This document shows positions 25,485 through 35,002 of a stretch of DNA of 35,036 bases, piece by piece. Below the pieces are notes generated by a model. It saw only the letters and a list, made by a program, of their open reading frames with translations, searched no databases and was not told the origin of the DNA. The position numbers were made by a program, and so were the translations under genes. Position 1 is the stretch's first letter. The number at the start of each line of letters is the position of its first letter. This DNA is from a virus (taxonomy: Duplodnaviria > Caudoviricetes): the IMG/VR virus record IMGVR_UViG_3300008108_004733, positions 1-35,036 of that record; one strand, given 5' to 3'.

Positions 25485-27392
25485 TTATATTTTTTTACCA
25501 AAAGCACTAATAATTCCAGGAGGGAATACCATTGGTCCTGCACCCAATGGTGGTACAGGTAAAGCAAAAAATTTATTACCCACGGCAATAAATCCATTTT
25601 TGTCTTCTTCTTCTGTATGTCCATCAATTATTGATTTAAGAATTGATGGTAATGTATTCGCCTCCCCAAATAACGGCTCTAATGGTATACCTGCAGCTTG
25701 TATTCTTTCTGCAATGTTCATATATGCCCTATCTTGACTATATCCGGGTAACCTATCTGAAAAAGATAAAAGTAATGCGGGTATGGCGTTAGAAATACCT
25801 CCTCTTAATGAATTATTTATTGTTGTTAGAATTAAATTGAAAATATCAAAACAATTATCAGGTGGTTTTATTAATATTTGTTGTAAAATAGAAATTATTG
25901 ACCTAATAATTGTTAAATATCTTTTGTATTTATTTTTAAGTATTTTTTGAGCAATTTGTTGAATAAACATAAGTAAATCCATTTTTAATAATTTCCAAAA
26001 TTCTCTTAAGAATAACCAAAATAATTCTTTTATAATATTATTGAATAGTTTATTTAATTTTTTCATTATATCTTTTATTTCTAAAACAGCACCTACTGTT
26101 GCTTTGAATAATTTATATATAATGATTACAGGTAAAAATATTTTTGGTGTAAGTAAAGACATGACTAATGCCTTAGGTAATTCTAATATAAAATTACTAA
26201 ATAAATTTATTTCAAAATTTATTTGTGGTATTGATCCATCAGAATTATCAAATGCACTTTTTGCCATATTATTTAAAGTTTTATTAACTAAATCTGTTGA
26301 ATTAGTGTTATTTGACAGATATACAAAATCTTCTAATATGGTTGTGTCCACTGGAACTTCAAAATCATTACAACTTCTAAATTTTAATACTTTTCTAAAA
26401 CGATTATTTTCATCATCAATATCAATACCTTCAATATCATCAAAATTGAAATAAAATTCAATATCTTCGTCGTTTTCGTTGAACATATCGACCGCATTTT
26501 GTTTTAAACTTTGTCCTTGTTTTGGACTACCACAAATAGAAAATAATTTCGATATTAATCTATTTAAATAATTAACACCTTTTTGAAAAGCCGGATTATC
26601 TCCATTACCCCCAAATAATGTTAAAAACATTGCATTTTTTGTTATTTCTTGAATGTCAGGTAGTTCAATTGTCGAATAATAATCATTAAAGAAGTCCTCA
26701 ACATTCACAATTCCCGGTAATCCTTGTGTTAATCCATTAACAATATATTCTTGATTACCGGCATTCCAATTCAATGTAAATAATGTGTTATTATTTTGAG
26801 AATCAAATTGATAAGGACCACTAACAAAAGTATCAAATAATCTTCTATTGACTTTTTCTTTATTTGGTACCGGTTTTGTTGGTTCATATGATATTTTACC
26901 CACATCACTATTTGGATCGACTGTCAATAAATTTAAAAAATCAAATTCTTTTGGTTTTAATGTAATAGAATCGGTTAAAATTGTGGAATCGGCACCACAA
27001 ATACCTTCAGCAACAAAAAATGTTTGTTTTATATTTCTTGATATAATTTCCTCAGATGATCTTAATACAATAGTTGCGGAATCTATCGAATGTTTTTTTA
27101 ATCTATTTTTTGAAAATAATTTATCGGTTCTACCTTTAGGTGAGTTTTTACTTAAAAAACTTTCGGCGATGTCTAATATCTCTGAAAATATATTTTGATT
27201 ATTTTCCTTTTTTTTTCTTCTTTTTTCTAAAAAATCACCAAATTTTTTACCAAATAATTGTTCTGTAGAGGGTAAATCTTTTAGATATGCATCGTATAAA
27301 TCTTGACTCACTTTTTTAGGGTCGTCATTTATTTTTTTTATTACCTCTAATTTTGATTTTATTTCTTTTTTTAATCTTTTTGTTTTACTCAT
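25485..27392 (-). CDS. Large hypothetical protein, probably structural
   Basis: 635-aa ORF co-transcribed with the spike-like gene; hydrophobic helical stretch near residues 395-480. Confidence 0.75.
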   Translation of the reverse strand: MSKTKRLKKEIKSKLEVIKKINDDPKKVSQDLYDAYLKDLPSTEQLFGKKFGDFLEKRRKKKENNQNIFSEILDIAESFLSKNSPKGRTDKLFSKNRLKKHSIDSATIVLRSSEEIISRNIKQTFFVAEGICGADSTILTDSITLKPKEFDFLNLLTVDPNSDVGKISYEPTKPVPNKEKVNRRLFDTFVSGPYQFDSQNNNTLFTLNWNAGNQEYIVNGLTQGLPGIVNVEDFFNDYYSTIELPDIQEITKNAMFLTLFGGNGDNPAFQKGVNYLNRLISKLFSICGSPKQGQSLKQNAVDMFNENDEDIEFYFNFDDIEGIDIDDENNRFRKVLKFRSCNDFEVPVDTTILEDFVYLSNNTNSTDLVNKTLNNMAKSAFDNSDGSIPQINFEINLFSNFILELPKALVMSLLTPKIFLPVIIIYKLFKATVGAVLEIKDIMKKLNKLFNNIIKELFWLFLREFWKLLKMDLLMFIQQIAQKILKNKYKRYLTIIRSIISILQQILIKPPDNCFDIFNLILTTINNSLRGGISNAIPALLLSFSDRLPGYSQDRAYMNIAERIQAAGIPLEPLFGEANTLPSILKSIIDGHTEEEDKNGFIAVGNKFFALPVPPLGAGPMVFPPGIISAFGKKI

Positions 27393-27763
27393 TATAGTTG
27401 GTAATTTTCAGTATTGTTATTTGTGTCATCACTAACTAATTTATCAAGTAATTCACGATCCTCATCAGACAGTGTTAACTTACCAATGTTCATATTTTTT
27501 ACGCCGCCTTGTGTTTGTTTTAATAAAGCACTTTGTAGTTTTACTAATGAGATCTTTTTTTCGGTGCAATCATTTAAAATTTTTTGTTGTTCTTTTATAA
27601 CTGGCCCAATCATACTCATATCTTCAGCATCTTTCATAAAAGATAACATTTTTTTCATAATTAAAGAGGCGGTATTTTTTTGTTCAACAACGTCATTATA
27701 AATTTCTTGCATTAATGCAATTGCAGAGTCAACCTCTAAGGTTATGTTTTTTCTTTCTTTCAT
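27392..27763 (-). CDS. Hypothetical coiled-coil protein
   Basis: ATG at 27763 (MKERKNITLE) preferred; TATTTATT 4 nt upstream. Confidence 0.7.
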   Translation of the reverse strand: MKERKNITLEVDSAIALMQEIYNDVVEQKNTASLIMKKMLSFMKDAEDMSMIGPVIKEQQKILNDCTEKKISLVKLQSALLKQTQGGVKNMNIGKLTLSDEDRELLDKLVSDDTNNNTENYQL

Positions 27764-27779
27764 AATTAATAAATAGATT

Positions 27780-28478
27780 TTAATCCAAAAACCCAATCAT
27801 TATATTATTATATCTTTTTTTGAATTTTTTTAGTGACAATCGAATTTCTTTTGTTGATAGAGAGGTCATTTCTCTTAAAGACAGTAAAATGAGGTTTTTG
27901 TTAAATTTATTACCGTCACCTATTTGAAATATTTTTTCAAAATTTGTAAAAATTTCTATTAGCGCATAACCTAATTTTTTTTCATTTTCAGTTAAATCCT
28001 CGTTTTCCATAAATTCTTCTATTGAATTAACTAATTTTACTATAACGTCACTGTAATCCAATTCGTAAGTATCTATGGTATATACTAAGTCTGGTCTGTC
28101 TTCTAATTCACTTGTTACATCTTCATACGATACATTTCTTTTGACTTCTTTTGCATCTTTTTGTATTGCCCCCATTAGGTAATTCTTACAAATTGTTCCA
28201 AAGTAAGAATATGCTTTAGTATTTTTTCTGTGATCAAATTTATTGATCTTAGTCATTAGAAAAGACATAGTGTCATTATGAATTTCTTCAAATTCTAAAT
28301 CTTTTCTATATAATTTATAACGGCGGATTATACTTTCAACCATTATAATTAGGGGTTCTCTTAAATATTCATTGAATATCTTGTTCTTTTCGTCTTCGGT
28401 TTCAGATTCTAGATATCTTATTACCGCTTTTTCTTGATCCTCCCCAAAATATATTTTTTGGGTTCTTTTTTTCGGCAT
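27780..28478 (-). CDS. Phage sigma-factor-like protein (T4 gp55-like, sigma region 2)
   Basis: YF...YL, then KINKFDHRKNTKAYSYFGTICKNYL resembles the FD-x-K-x-AY-x-T-x-C-x-N region-2 motif of gp55-type sigma factors. Confidence 0.65.
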   Translation of the reverse strand: MPKKRTQKIYFGEDQEKAVIRYLESETEDEKNKIFNEYLREPLIIMVESIIRRYKLYRKDLEFEEIHNDTMSFLMTKINKFDHRKNTKAYSYFGTICKNYLMGAIQKDAKEVKRNVSYEDVTSELEDRPDLVYTIDTYELDYSDVIVKLVNSIEEFMENEDLTENEKKLGYALIEIFTNFEKIFQIGDGNKFNKNLILLSLREMTSLSTKEIRLSLKKFKKRYNNIMIGFLD

Positions 28479-29263
28479 TAAGACTCTATATAATTTATTT
28501 CTCTATTATTTTTAAAGAAAAATTCTTTTTTAGCTGTTTCTAACCAAAATTTAACTTCTTTTTCTGATAATTTAACTGATTCATCATTTTTATATTTCCA
28601 AAATAAAGAATCTTCTCTAAAATTAACATGTTGATAACCAATTCTAGGTACCGTCATAATTTTAACTTTATTATGTGTTAATCTCAATAATAACTCGTAG
28701 ATAAATGTTAATTTAAAATTTTCTTTAAATAATCCGTTTTCTTTTATAACTTCAGTTCTAAATAATCCACCACTTGTTTGATAGTTTTGGAATTCCATTA
28801 AAACTTCATTATCTAAAAATCCTTGTTTTTCGGTAAAACCATATGCCCATGTTGATTCATTTGTGAAACTTAAGAATCTACCTTCAACATTAATATCTTT
28901 AACTATTGGTAAAAAAACATCAACATCTTTATATTCATTTTTATATTCGTTAATTGATTTTAACCAAACTGGTTTATATTCATCATCAACTTCTAAAATT
29001 GAAAACCATTCTGTGTCGCAAGATTTTATACCAACATTGACTTGAGAACAAAAATTAGTATCTAATGTATGTGACAAATATTTTATATCGAGCTTTTCAC
29101 TCAGGTTTATTTTTTCTAATTCAATTTTTATAACATTTGGACAAACAATTAATAACTTAACATCGTTGTAAAATGGTTCAACTGAACTAATAGAATTATT
29201 TAACATGACTTTATAATCGTCATCTAGTTTGTGGATTGGTAAAATTACTGTTATATTTTTCAT
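28478..29263 (-). CDS. Glycosyltransferase family 2-like (GT-A fold)
   Basis: ITVILPIH N-terminal strand, NVGIKSCDTEWFSILEVDD (variant DxDD), GGLFR. Confidence 0.8.
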   Translation of the reverse strand: MKNITVILPIHKLDDDYKVMLNNSISSVEPFYNDVKLLIVCPNVIKIELEKINLSEKLDIKYLSHTLDTNFCSQVNVGIKSCDTEWFSILEVDDEYKPVWLKSINEYKNEYKDVDVFLPIVKDINVEGRFLSFTNESTWAYGFTEKQGFLDNEVLMEFQNYQTSGGLFRTEVIKENGLFKENFKLTFIYELLLRLTHNKVKIMTVPRIGYQHVNFREDSLFWKYKNDESVKLSEKEVKFWLETAKKEFFFKNNREINYIES

Positions 29264-30336
29264 ACTACTTCTTGTGTTTTTAATTTTTCGATTGCAGTTT
29301 TAATATTTTCTTCTCTTTTATTTTTAAAAGAACTAAAAATGCTTATTATATTACTTTCTGTGATTTTTCTTTCGTATGGTAAAAGAGTTTCTTTCATTTT
29401 ATTCTTTACTTCATCTTTTAGTTCGACACCTTCTAACCAAGCTAAAATATATGTTGCTAAAATTTCAACTAATTTTCCTTCGTCATATGTCCACATACCA
29501 TTTTCGGTCAACCAATCGGGTTCGTTATTTGGAATTTTACCAACAACAGGAACACCACACTTCATGGATTCTAATGGAAATGTGCCAAATGTACTTTCAT
29601 CATCGATCCATAATGACACCAGACATTCACTTAGTGATTCTGAGAATTCATTATATGTCATCTGAACCATATCTCTAAATGTTATCCATCTAAGTTGTGG
29701 ATATTTTACATAAAATTCTGATATGATTTTTCTACTTTTAGATCTGTTTCTGCAATTAATTGCAATATATGGTTTTGTTGGTTTTTCAGATGGTTTAAAA
29801 ATATCATCAACTATTGGTGGGATGATATAAACAACCGATTCGGGGAAATGTTCTAATATATATTTTTTACCCATTTCTGTTGTGGTAATAACTTTATCAA
29901 ACCCAAAATCAGACCATCTACTACCAATAGATAATGTTTCAAACATATATTCTTTTTGTTGTAATAACATTACTTTATTACATTTTATATTAGATAATTG
30001 TTCTAATGCATTTGAATAATATTCAGGTACCACAATTGTGTCTTCAATATTTATCTCAACTTTATCATCTTTTATTGAAACAACATCAATAGTTTTATAT
30101 GTGTCACCTAACCAACTTTCAACGCCAGTATATGTTTTATCTTCAACAAGAATTTTAGAATTAAATCCATTATTTTTTAATGTTAATGCTAAATCGTAAA
30201 TATACTTTATCGACGCTCTTGGATTATTTTTTGTGTCGTATGTTAAAAAATAAACAACACCTTTATTTGTCTCTAATCTATTTAGAGATTCTTCTAATTT
30301 TTTAATGTTTTCTTCTTTATTCATCATCGTTTTCAA
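29260..30336 (-). CDS. GT-B fold glycosyltransferase-like protein
   Basis: ESTFGTFPLESMKCGVPVVG resembles the GT4 ExFG-x-E-A-M-x-G-x-PV signature; the start may be 30327 or 30324. Confidence 0.75.
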   Translation of the reverse strand: MKTMMNKEENIKKLEESLNRLETNKGVVYFLTYDTKNNPRASIKYIYDLALTLKNNGFNSKILVEDKTYTGVESWLGDTYKTIDVVSIKDDKVEINIEDTIVVPEYYSNALEQLSNIKCNKVMLLQQKEYMFETLSIGSRWSDFGFDKVITTTEMGKKYILEHFPESVVYIIPPIVDDIFKPSEKPTKPYIAINCRNRSKSRKIISEFYVKYPQLRWITFRDMVQMTYNEFSESLSECLVSLWIDDESTFGTFPLESMKCGVPVVGKIPNNEPDWLTENGMWTYDEGKLVEILATYILAWLEGVELKDEVKNKMKETLLPYERKITESNIISIFSSFKNKREENIKTAIEKLKTQEVV

Positions 30337-30619
30337 TTAATATATTATTTTTTATTAGAGTGTTAAAAGCCATTTTAAATGATATTGATGTATTTTCGGA
30401 TGCAAATACACCAATACTATCATCTTCTTCGATATTTTCACTAAGTACTCTTTCTACAAACATTTTTAATAATTCATATTTAAAAATGTTAATTGTTTGT
30501 GAAACTTCTTCAGTATTTTCAGTTTCAATTTTTTCTGACGATTCTGTGTCGTCTATTCTACATTCTTCTGTAATTCTGTTAACATCGATGTAGTATTGTT
30601 TTCCAAAAATTTCGAGCAT
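30317..30619 (-). CDS. Hypothetical protein
   Basis: 100-aa acidic ORF within the operon. Confidence 0.7.
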   Translation of the reverse strand: MLEIFGKQYYIDVNRITEECRIDDTESSEKIETENTEEVSQTINIFKYELLKMFVERVLSENIEEDDSIGVFASENTSISFKMAFNTLIKNNILIENDDE

Positions 30620-31200
30620 AATTCGTTTATTTCAATCAATTTATTAATTTCTTTTTTATTTGTAAAGTGTTCATTATATTTTGTATTAAATTTTATTACA
30701 TCTTTATTTTCAGGACATTTATTAATTATTTTTTCCGAATCTGTTATCCACATATCACATTTACTCCACATAGAATCAATATCTTCTGTTTTTATAAATC
30801 TTATATTATCACCGAGAAATCCATTCTTTGACAAGAAGAATAATGTTGCCGGTTTTGATTTGGCTAAGTGATCTAAACCAAGTATTGTAAAATTATGTTC
30901 CTTATTTTCATAAATAATTTTATTTAAATCACTGAAAACATTTTGATAACTTGTGGTTGCATGACCAAAAATTTCTATTGGAAATTCAATAAATAAAAAA
31001 TTTTCAAATTCTTCTTTTGATTGAAATTTATAATGATCTAATAAATTATCATTATAGATAGGTTCTATTATATCATAATTGAAATCTGAAATATTTTCAG
31101 TATTTTCAACATCCGAATCAAAATAAAAATCTTTATAATGGTAATCAAATTTTTGAATTGTATTTCTTAATACACCATCAATGCTTACAAATATTTCCAT
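30553..31200 (-). CDS. HAD-fold 5'(3')-nucleotidase-like protein, motif I degenerate
   Basis: IFVSIDGVLRN in place of hhhDhDGVL; C-terminal DMWITD and FNTKYN resemble NT5C; ATG at 31200 preferred. Confidence 0.55.
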   Translation of the reverse strand: MEIFVSIDGVLRNTIQKFDYHYKDFYFDSDVENTENISDFNYDIIEPIYNDNLLDHYKFQSKEEFENFLFIEFPIEIFGHATTSYQNVFSDLNKIIYENKEHNFTILGLDHLAKSKPATLFFLSKNGFLGDNIRFIKTEDIDSMWSKCDMWITDSEKIINKCPENKDVIKFNTKYNEHFTNKKEINKLIEINELCSKFLENNTTSMLTELQKNVE

Positions 31201-31240
31201 AAATAAAATATAATAATAAAACATTTTTAAGTAAATAATA

Positions 31241-31273
31241 AACCCATACTCTTTATCATAAAAGTATGGGGTT
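31241..31273 (-). terminator. Hairpin downstream of phoH, probable terminator
   Basis: CCCATACT...AGTATGGG inverted repeat 24 nt after the phoH stop. Confidence 0.6.
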
Positions 31274-31296
31274 ATTGTACAAAAACGAATTTATTG

Positions 31297-32019
31297 TTAA
31301 TCGTATCTTTTTAGTATTTCACCAATTATTGGATTTCTAACGATGTCTTCATGTCCAAATTCATATAATCCAATACCATTGACATCATGTAATCTTTTTT
31401 TAGCGTCGTATAAACCTGATTTAGTTTTGTCTTTATATTTGTCAGATTGTTCAAGATCTCCTGAGATAAAAAATTTGGAATTATAACCAATACGAGTTAT
31501 TAATAGTTTTATTTGAGATGGTGTGGCGTTTTGCGCCTCTTCAAAAACTAAGATTGTATTGTCAACATTCCAACCTCTCATATAAGCAAGGGCAGCAACC
31601 TCAATTATACCTTCATCTTTTAATTTTTCTCTGGCTTCTTTACCAATTATTTTATTTAATAAATAATATGAAGGATAAATGTAAGGATCTAATTTTTCTT
31701 CCATTCCACCGGGTAGGGAACCTAACTTTTCTTCCGCTTCAACCGCGGGTCTGACAATTATTATTTTTTCATATTTGTTGTTGTCATCACAAAGTAAATC
31801 AACTGCTCTTTTCATTGCGATGTACGATTTACCAACACCAGCCGGACCGAAACAAAAAGTTATTTGATTTTCACCTAAAATATTCCAATATTCTTCTTGA
31901 GATTTAGTTAAAAATTTTTCTTTTGGTTTTTTAACTAATGATCTTATTTTTTCTTTTACCGTTACTTTTTTTTCAATAACAGGTTCAGATTTAGTTCTGG
32001 TATTTTTTTTAACTGTCAA
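31297..32019 (-). CDS. phoH: PhoH family ATPase
   Basis: GPAGVGKS, IIIVRPAVE, LGSLPG, AYMRG, EEAQN, TRIG, GDLEQSD, DIVRNP; start uncertain (TTG at 32019 preferred to 32091). Confidence 0.92.
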   Translation of the reverse strand: MTVKKNTRTKSEPVIEKKVTVKEKIRSLVKKPKEKFLTKSQEEYWNILGENQITFCFGPAGVGKSYIAMKRAVDLLCDDNNKYEKIIIVRPAVEAEEKLGSLPGGMEEKLDPYIYPSYYLLNKIIGKEAREKLKDEGIIEVAALAYMRGWNVDNTILVFEEAQNATPSQIKLLITRIGYNSKFFISGDLEQSDKYKDKTKSGLYDAKKRLHDVNGIGLYEFGHEDIVRNPIIGEILKRYD

Positions 32020-32059
32020 TTTTTTAGTTTTAAAATTATTTATTTTATTTATAAATATA

Positions 32060-32662
32060 CTACAATCCTGAACTACCGAAACCACTATCACCCCTTTCAG
32101 TACTATTTAAATTGTCAGTTTCAATAAATTCAATTTCAGGATATGGTATAATAATCATTTGAGCCGCTCGATCACCAACGTTGTATTTTTCTGATGATTC
32201 ACCTTTTAACCAATTTATTTTTTTAAATGTTGCTTGTATTTCACCTCTATATCCACTATCGATAACCCCAACTGAATTGGTTAGTGATAAATCATATTTA
32301 CGAACTGATGATCTCGGAAATAATAAACCAACATAACCTTTTGGTATTTCAACTGCAATACCAAAACCATATGTCACATCGGTTTTCGTTTCAGACACAA
32401 TACTTGTTATTGTTAAATCCATACCCGCATCATCTTTTTTTGAATACCTTGGTGTTAAAGCTCCATTATTTAATTTTTTAAATCTAACAGGTATTTTTAA
32501 TGTATGTGAACCATATGATGATTCTATATCTGTTGTTAAATTTTTTAATAGTTTATCTAAATCATCAATAAAATTATTATCAATTTCATTACCGTCATCG
32601 GTCATATCTTTTTCAAATTGTTGTAATTTTTTAATGTATTCTTCAATTTCCTTTTTTTCCAT
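32060..32662 (-). CDS. dut: Trimeric dUTPase with an acidic ~55-aa N-terminal extension
   Basis: AGMDL, PRSS, GVIDSGYRGEI, RAAQM, RGDSGFGSSG (all five motifs). Confidence 0.95.
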   Translation of the reverse strand: MEKKEIEEYIKKLQQFEKDMTDDGNEIDNNFIDDLDKLLKNLTTDIESSYGSHTLKIPVRFKKLNNGALTPRYSKKDDAGMDLTITSIVSETKTDVTYGFGIAVEIPKGYVGLLFPRSSVRKYDLSLTNSVGVIDSGYRGEIQATFKKINWLKGESSEKYNVGDRAAQMIIIPYPEIEFIETDNLNSTERGDSGFGSSGL

Positions 32663-32668
32663 ATAATT

Positions 32669-32890
32669 TTATTTTTTTTTAACTAATTTATCTGATATCC
32701 ATATATCAAGTGATTTAATTCTATCTTTTAAATCTTTATCTTGAGGCCTAAGACAACATTCAACAAATACGTCGGTTACTCTTTGTAATTCTTCAACAGA
32801 TAAAATTAAATCCAAAGAATTAAAATATTCTAATACTAACTTAATTTGAGATTGTCTTAAAATCTGAATATCTTTACTATAAAATTCCAT
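32669..32890 (-). CDS. Hypothetical protein
   Basis: 73-aa ORF in the operon (QILRQSQIK). Confidence 0.7.
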   Translation of the reverse strand: MEFYSKDIQILRQSQIKLVLEYFNSLDLILSVEELQRVTDVFVECCLRPQDKDLKDRIKSLDIWISDKLVKKK

Positions 32891-32896
32891 ATATCA

Positions 32897-33127
32897 TTAT
32901 TTATAATACTCGGGAGTATTTTTTTTGTCAATAATACATTCAATAGGCATTTTTACTATTGAGATACTTTCACTAGATCTAACGTCGCCAGATCTATATT
33001 TTGAAGCAACAATTGTCGCCTCTTCGACTGATTCCGCTTCAACAATGTACTTTAATTTTTGAAGTCTTGGGTTACCATTTCTGTCCATTTGTTCGGTTTC
33101 ATAACCGATAGTTACTAAATAATGCAT
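32897..33127 (-). CDS. DUF4494-like small protein
   Basis: YLVTIGYE...NG...KYIVEAESVEEA resembles the Bacteroidota DUF4494 N-terminal repeat (from memory). Confidence 0.55.
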   Translation of the reverse strand: MHYLVTIGYETEQMDRNGNPRLQKLKYIVEAESVEEATIVASKYRSGDVRSSESISIVKMPIECIIDKKNTPEYYK

Positions 33128-33141
33128 AATTTTTGTTTTTT

Positions 33142-34365
33142 TTATTTTATAATTGATTTTAAAAATTCAACTCTATCCTTAGATACTTTTTGCAAAGAAT
33201 ATTTATCTTTTACTGTTTCATATAATTTATTTCCCAAATCTTCTATCATATTTGGATTATCTATTAATCTTTTCATTTGTTGAGCCCATTGTTTATGATT
33301 TTTGCGTTGTGAAACAAAAAGAGCATTACCTTTATTATTAAATTTACCATCGTCGATCGCGGAAATTAAATCTAATGTATATGGTAATGTTTCATTTGCA
33401 ATAATCGCCTTTTTATGGAATCCCGCCTCAATTACTTTTAATTGTGATTTATTTATATTGAAAATATTTTCAACAAGTGGTACTAATGATACATCAAAAT
33501 AATTATAATTTACACCGTAATTACTTACATCTTCAGTCCATCTTCTAACATATGGTTTATCACTAAAATATTGATCTGTTTTAATAAAAGTCGTTAAAAA
33601 GTTTTTATATTGATCATCTAAAACAGTATAGTTATCTGTGAAAATTTTTTCATATTCATACCAAACTGTCTCCGTTGGTTTTATATCCCTTCTTACAACT
33701 TCACCCGTTTCTTTATTTATTTCAGTCATAGTACCTCTTAAATCAAATCCACATAAAACGAATTGCACCTTATCTTTATGGGAATAATGTAAACTACCAA
33801 TACCATTACGAAGTAACTCAATATCATGAAGATGTGTTGATCCACCTAACCAACCAAATCTTATCTTATCCGAGGGTATTGGATTTGGTTTAAATTGTTT
33901 TTCTTCGGGATTTATGGCATTTGGAAAAACTAAAACATTTTTTAAACCTATTTTTTCTTTTATTGTGTTTTGAAATACTGATGTTGTTGTTGTGACATAA
34001 TCACATAATTTCATCATCTCAATTTTCTTTTCTCCAACTTTTTCTCTAAGGATGTGGTAATATAATGGGTGTCTATGGTCAACATACCATAAATCATCTA
34101 TATCCATTATTACTTTTATTCCCTTATTTTTTAACCATTTTATTCTTTGAATATTAATTTCATGCGGTAATTGATGAATAAAAGAATGAAAAATTACAAT
34201 ATTATAATTTTTAAAAAATTCATCATTATTTTCTACATTATGAATAATATCAACATGTATTTCTTCATGATAATTATCACCAATAAATTTATATGGATCT
34301 AACATTCTGAACTTACCTACACCGAAGGTATCAGAAGGGATTGCGAGAATTTTAATTTTTGACAT
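33142..34365 (-). CDS. GT-B fold glycosyltransferase
   Basis: DIDDLW, FGWLGGSTHLHD, DVSLVPL...FNINKSQLKVIEAG motifs typical of phage GT-B enzymes. Confidence 0.85.
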   Translation of the reverse strand: MSKIKILAIPSDTFGVGKFRMLDPYKFIGDNYHEEIHVDIIHNVENNDEFFKNYNIVIFHSFIHQLPHEINIQRIKWLKNKGIKVIMDIDDLWYVDHRHPLYYHILREKVGEKKIEMMKLCDYVTTTTSVFQNTIKEKIGLKNVLVFPNAINPEEKQFKPNPIPSDKIRFGWLGGSTHLHDIELLRNGIGSLHYSHKDKVQFVLCGFDLRGTMTEINKETGEVVRRDIKPTETVWYEYEKIFTDNYTVLDDQYKNFLTTFIKTDQYFSDKPYVRRWTEDVSNYGVNYNYFDVSLVPLVENIFNINKSQLKVIEAGFHKKAIIANETLPYTLDLISAIDDGKFNNKGNALFVSQRKNHKQWAQQMKRLIDNPNMIEDLGNKLYETVKDKYSLQKVSKDRVEFLKSIIK

Positions 34366-34414
34366 AATAAATATTATATGTCAAATTATAAGAAAAAAAA
34401 ATGAAAAAACAAAA

Positions 34415-35002
34415 TTATTTTGACTTATTTACTCCAGTTATTTTTCCTTTAAAAATTGAATTACCGACTTTTAAAACTAAGTTTTCATTTATTGTCGCTG
34501 TTTGTTGTGCGGTTAAAATTTGATTCAATTTTTCGTCTAATACTTTTCTGATTGTGTTTTCAATAATTGGTGTTATTTGTGTTATAATATCATTTGAAAC
34601 GGAAATTCTATTTTCAATTATTTGTTGTTGTGGTTTTTGTTGTGGTTTTTTACTTATTAACCCCTCTCTTTCCATTAATTTTTTTGCACCTTGTACAAAT
34701 TTCATATCAACCGTGTCATTTAATGAAATTTGTGGTATTGGATTTTCAATCATTGCTTTTTTTATTGCATCTGGTAATTTTGATTGGTTAATTTTATCTA
34801 CATTTATGTTATTATTTGAAATTTTTAAAGGAGAAGGTTGAATATTTTGACTTGACATAATTTCTTCCGGTGTGGATCTAAGAATTGTTTCATCTACCTG
34901 ACCTCTTTGAAAAGATCCGCTATCAACTTTATTCATTACTTTTTTAGCGTTAACTAACTTCTGCATTAAATCATTTTCAGATATGGTTCCTTGTCCTGTC
35001 AT
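34415..35002 (-). CDS. Hypothetical protein
   Basis: 195-aa ORF; no family recognised. Confidence 0.7.
   Translation of the reverse strand: MTGQGTISENDLMQKLVNAKKVMNKVDSGSFQRGQVDETILRSTPEEIMSSQNIQPSPLKISNNNINVDKINQSKLPDAIKKAMIENPIPQISLNDTVDMKFVQGAKKLMEREGLISKKPQQKPQQQIIENRISVSNDIITQITPIIENTIRKVLDEKLNQILTAQQTATINENLVLKVGNSIFKGKITGVNKSK

Noticed and set aside
27392-27763. Possible small terminase subunit
   Set aside because: Only size and helicity fit; no motif or adjacency to terL
1017-34841. Many short antisense or alternate-frame ORFs in the track (e.g. 1017, 6239, 10057, 15808, 20894, 26041, 29339, 34554)
   Set aside because: They lie inside well-supported genes and have shadow-ORF composition
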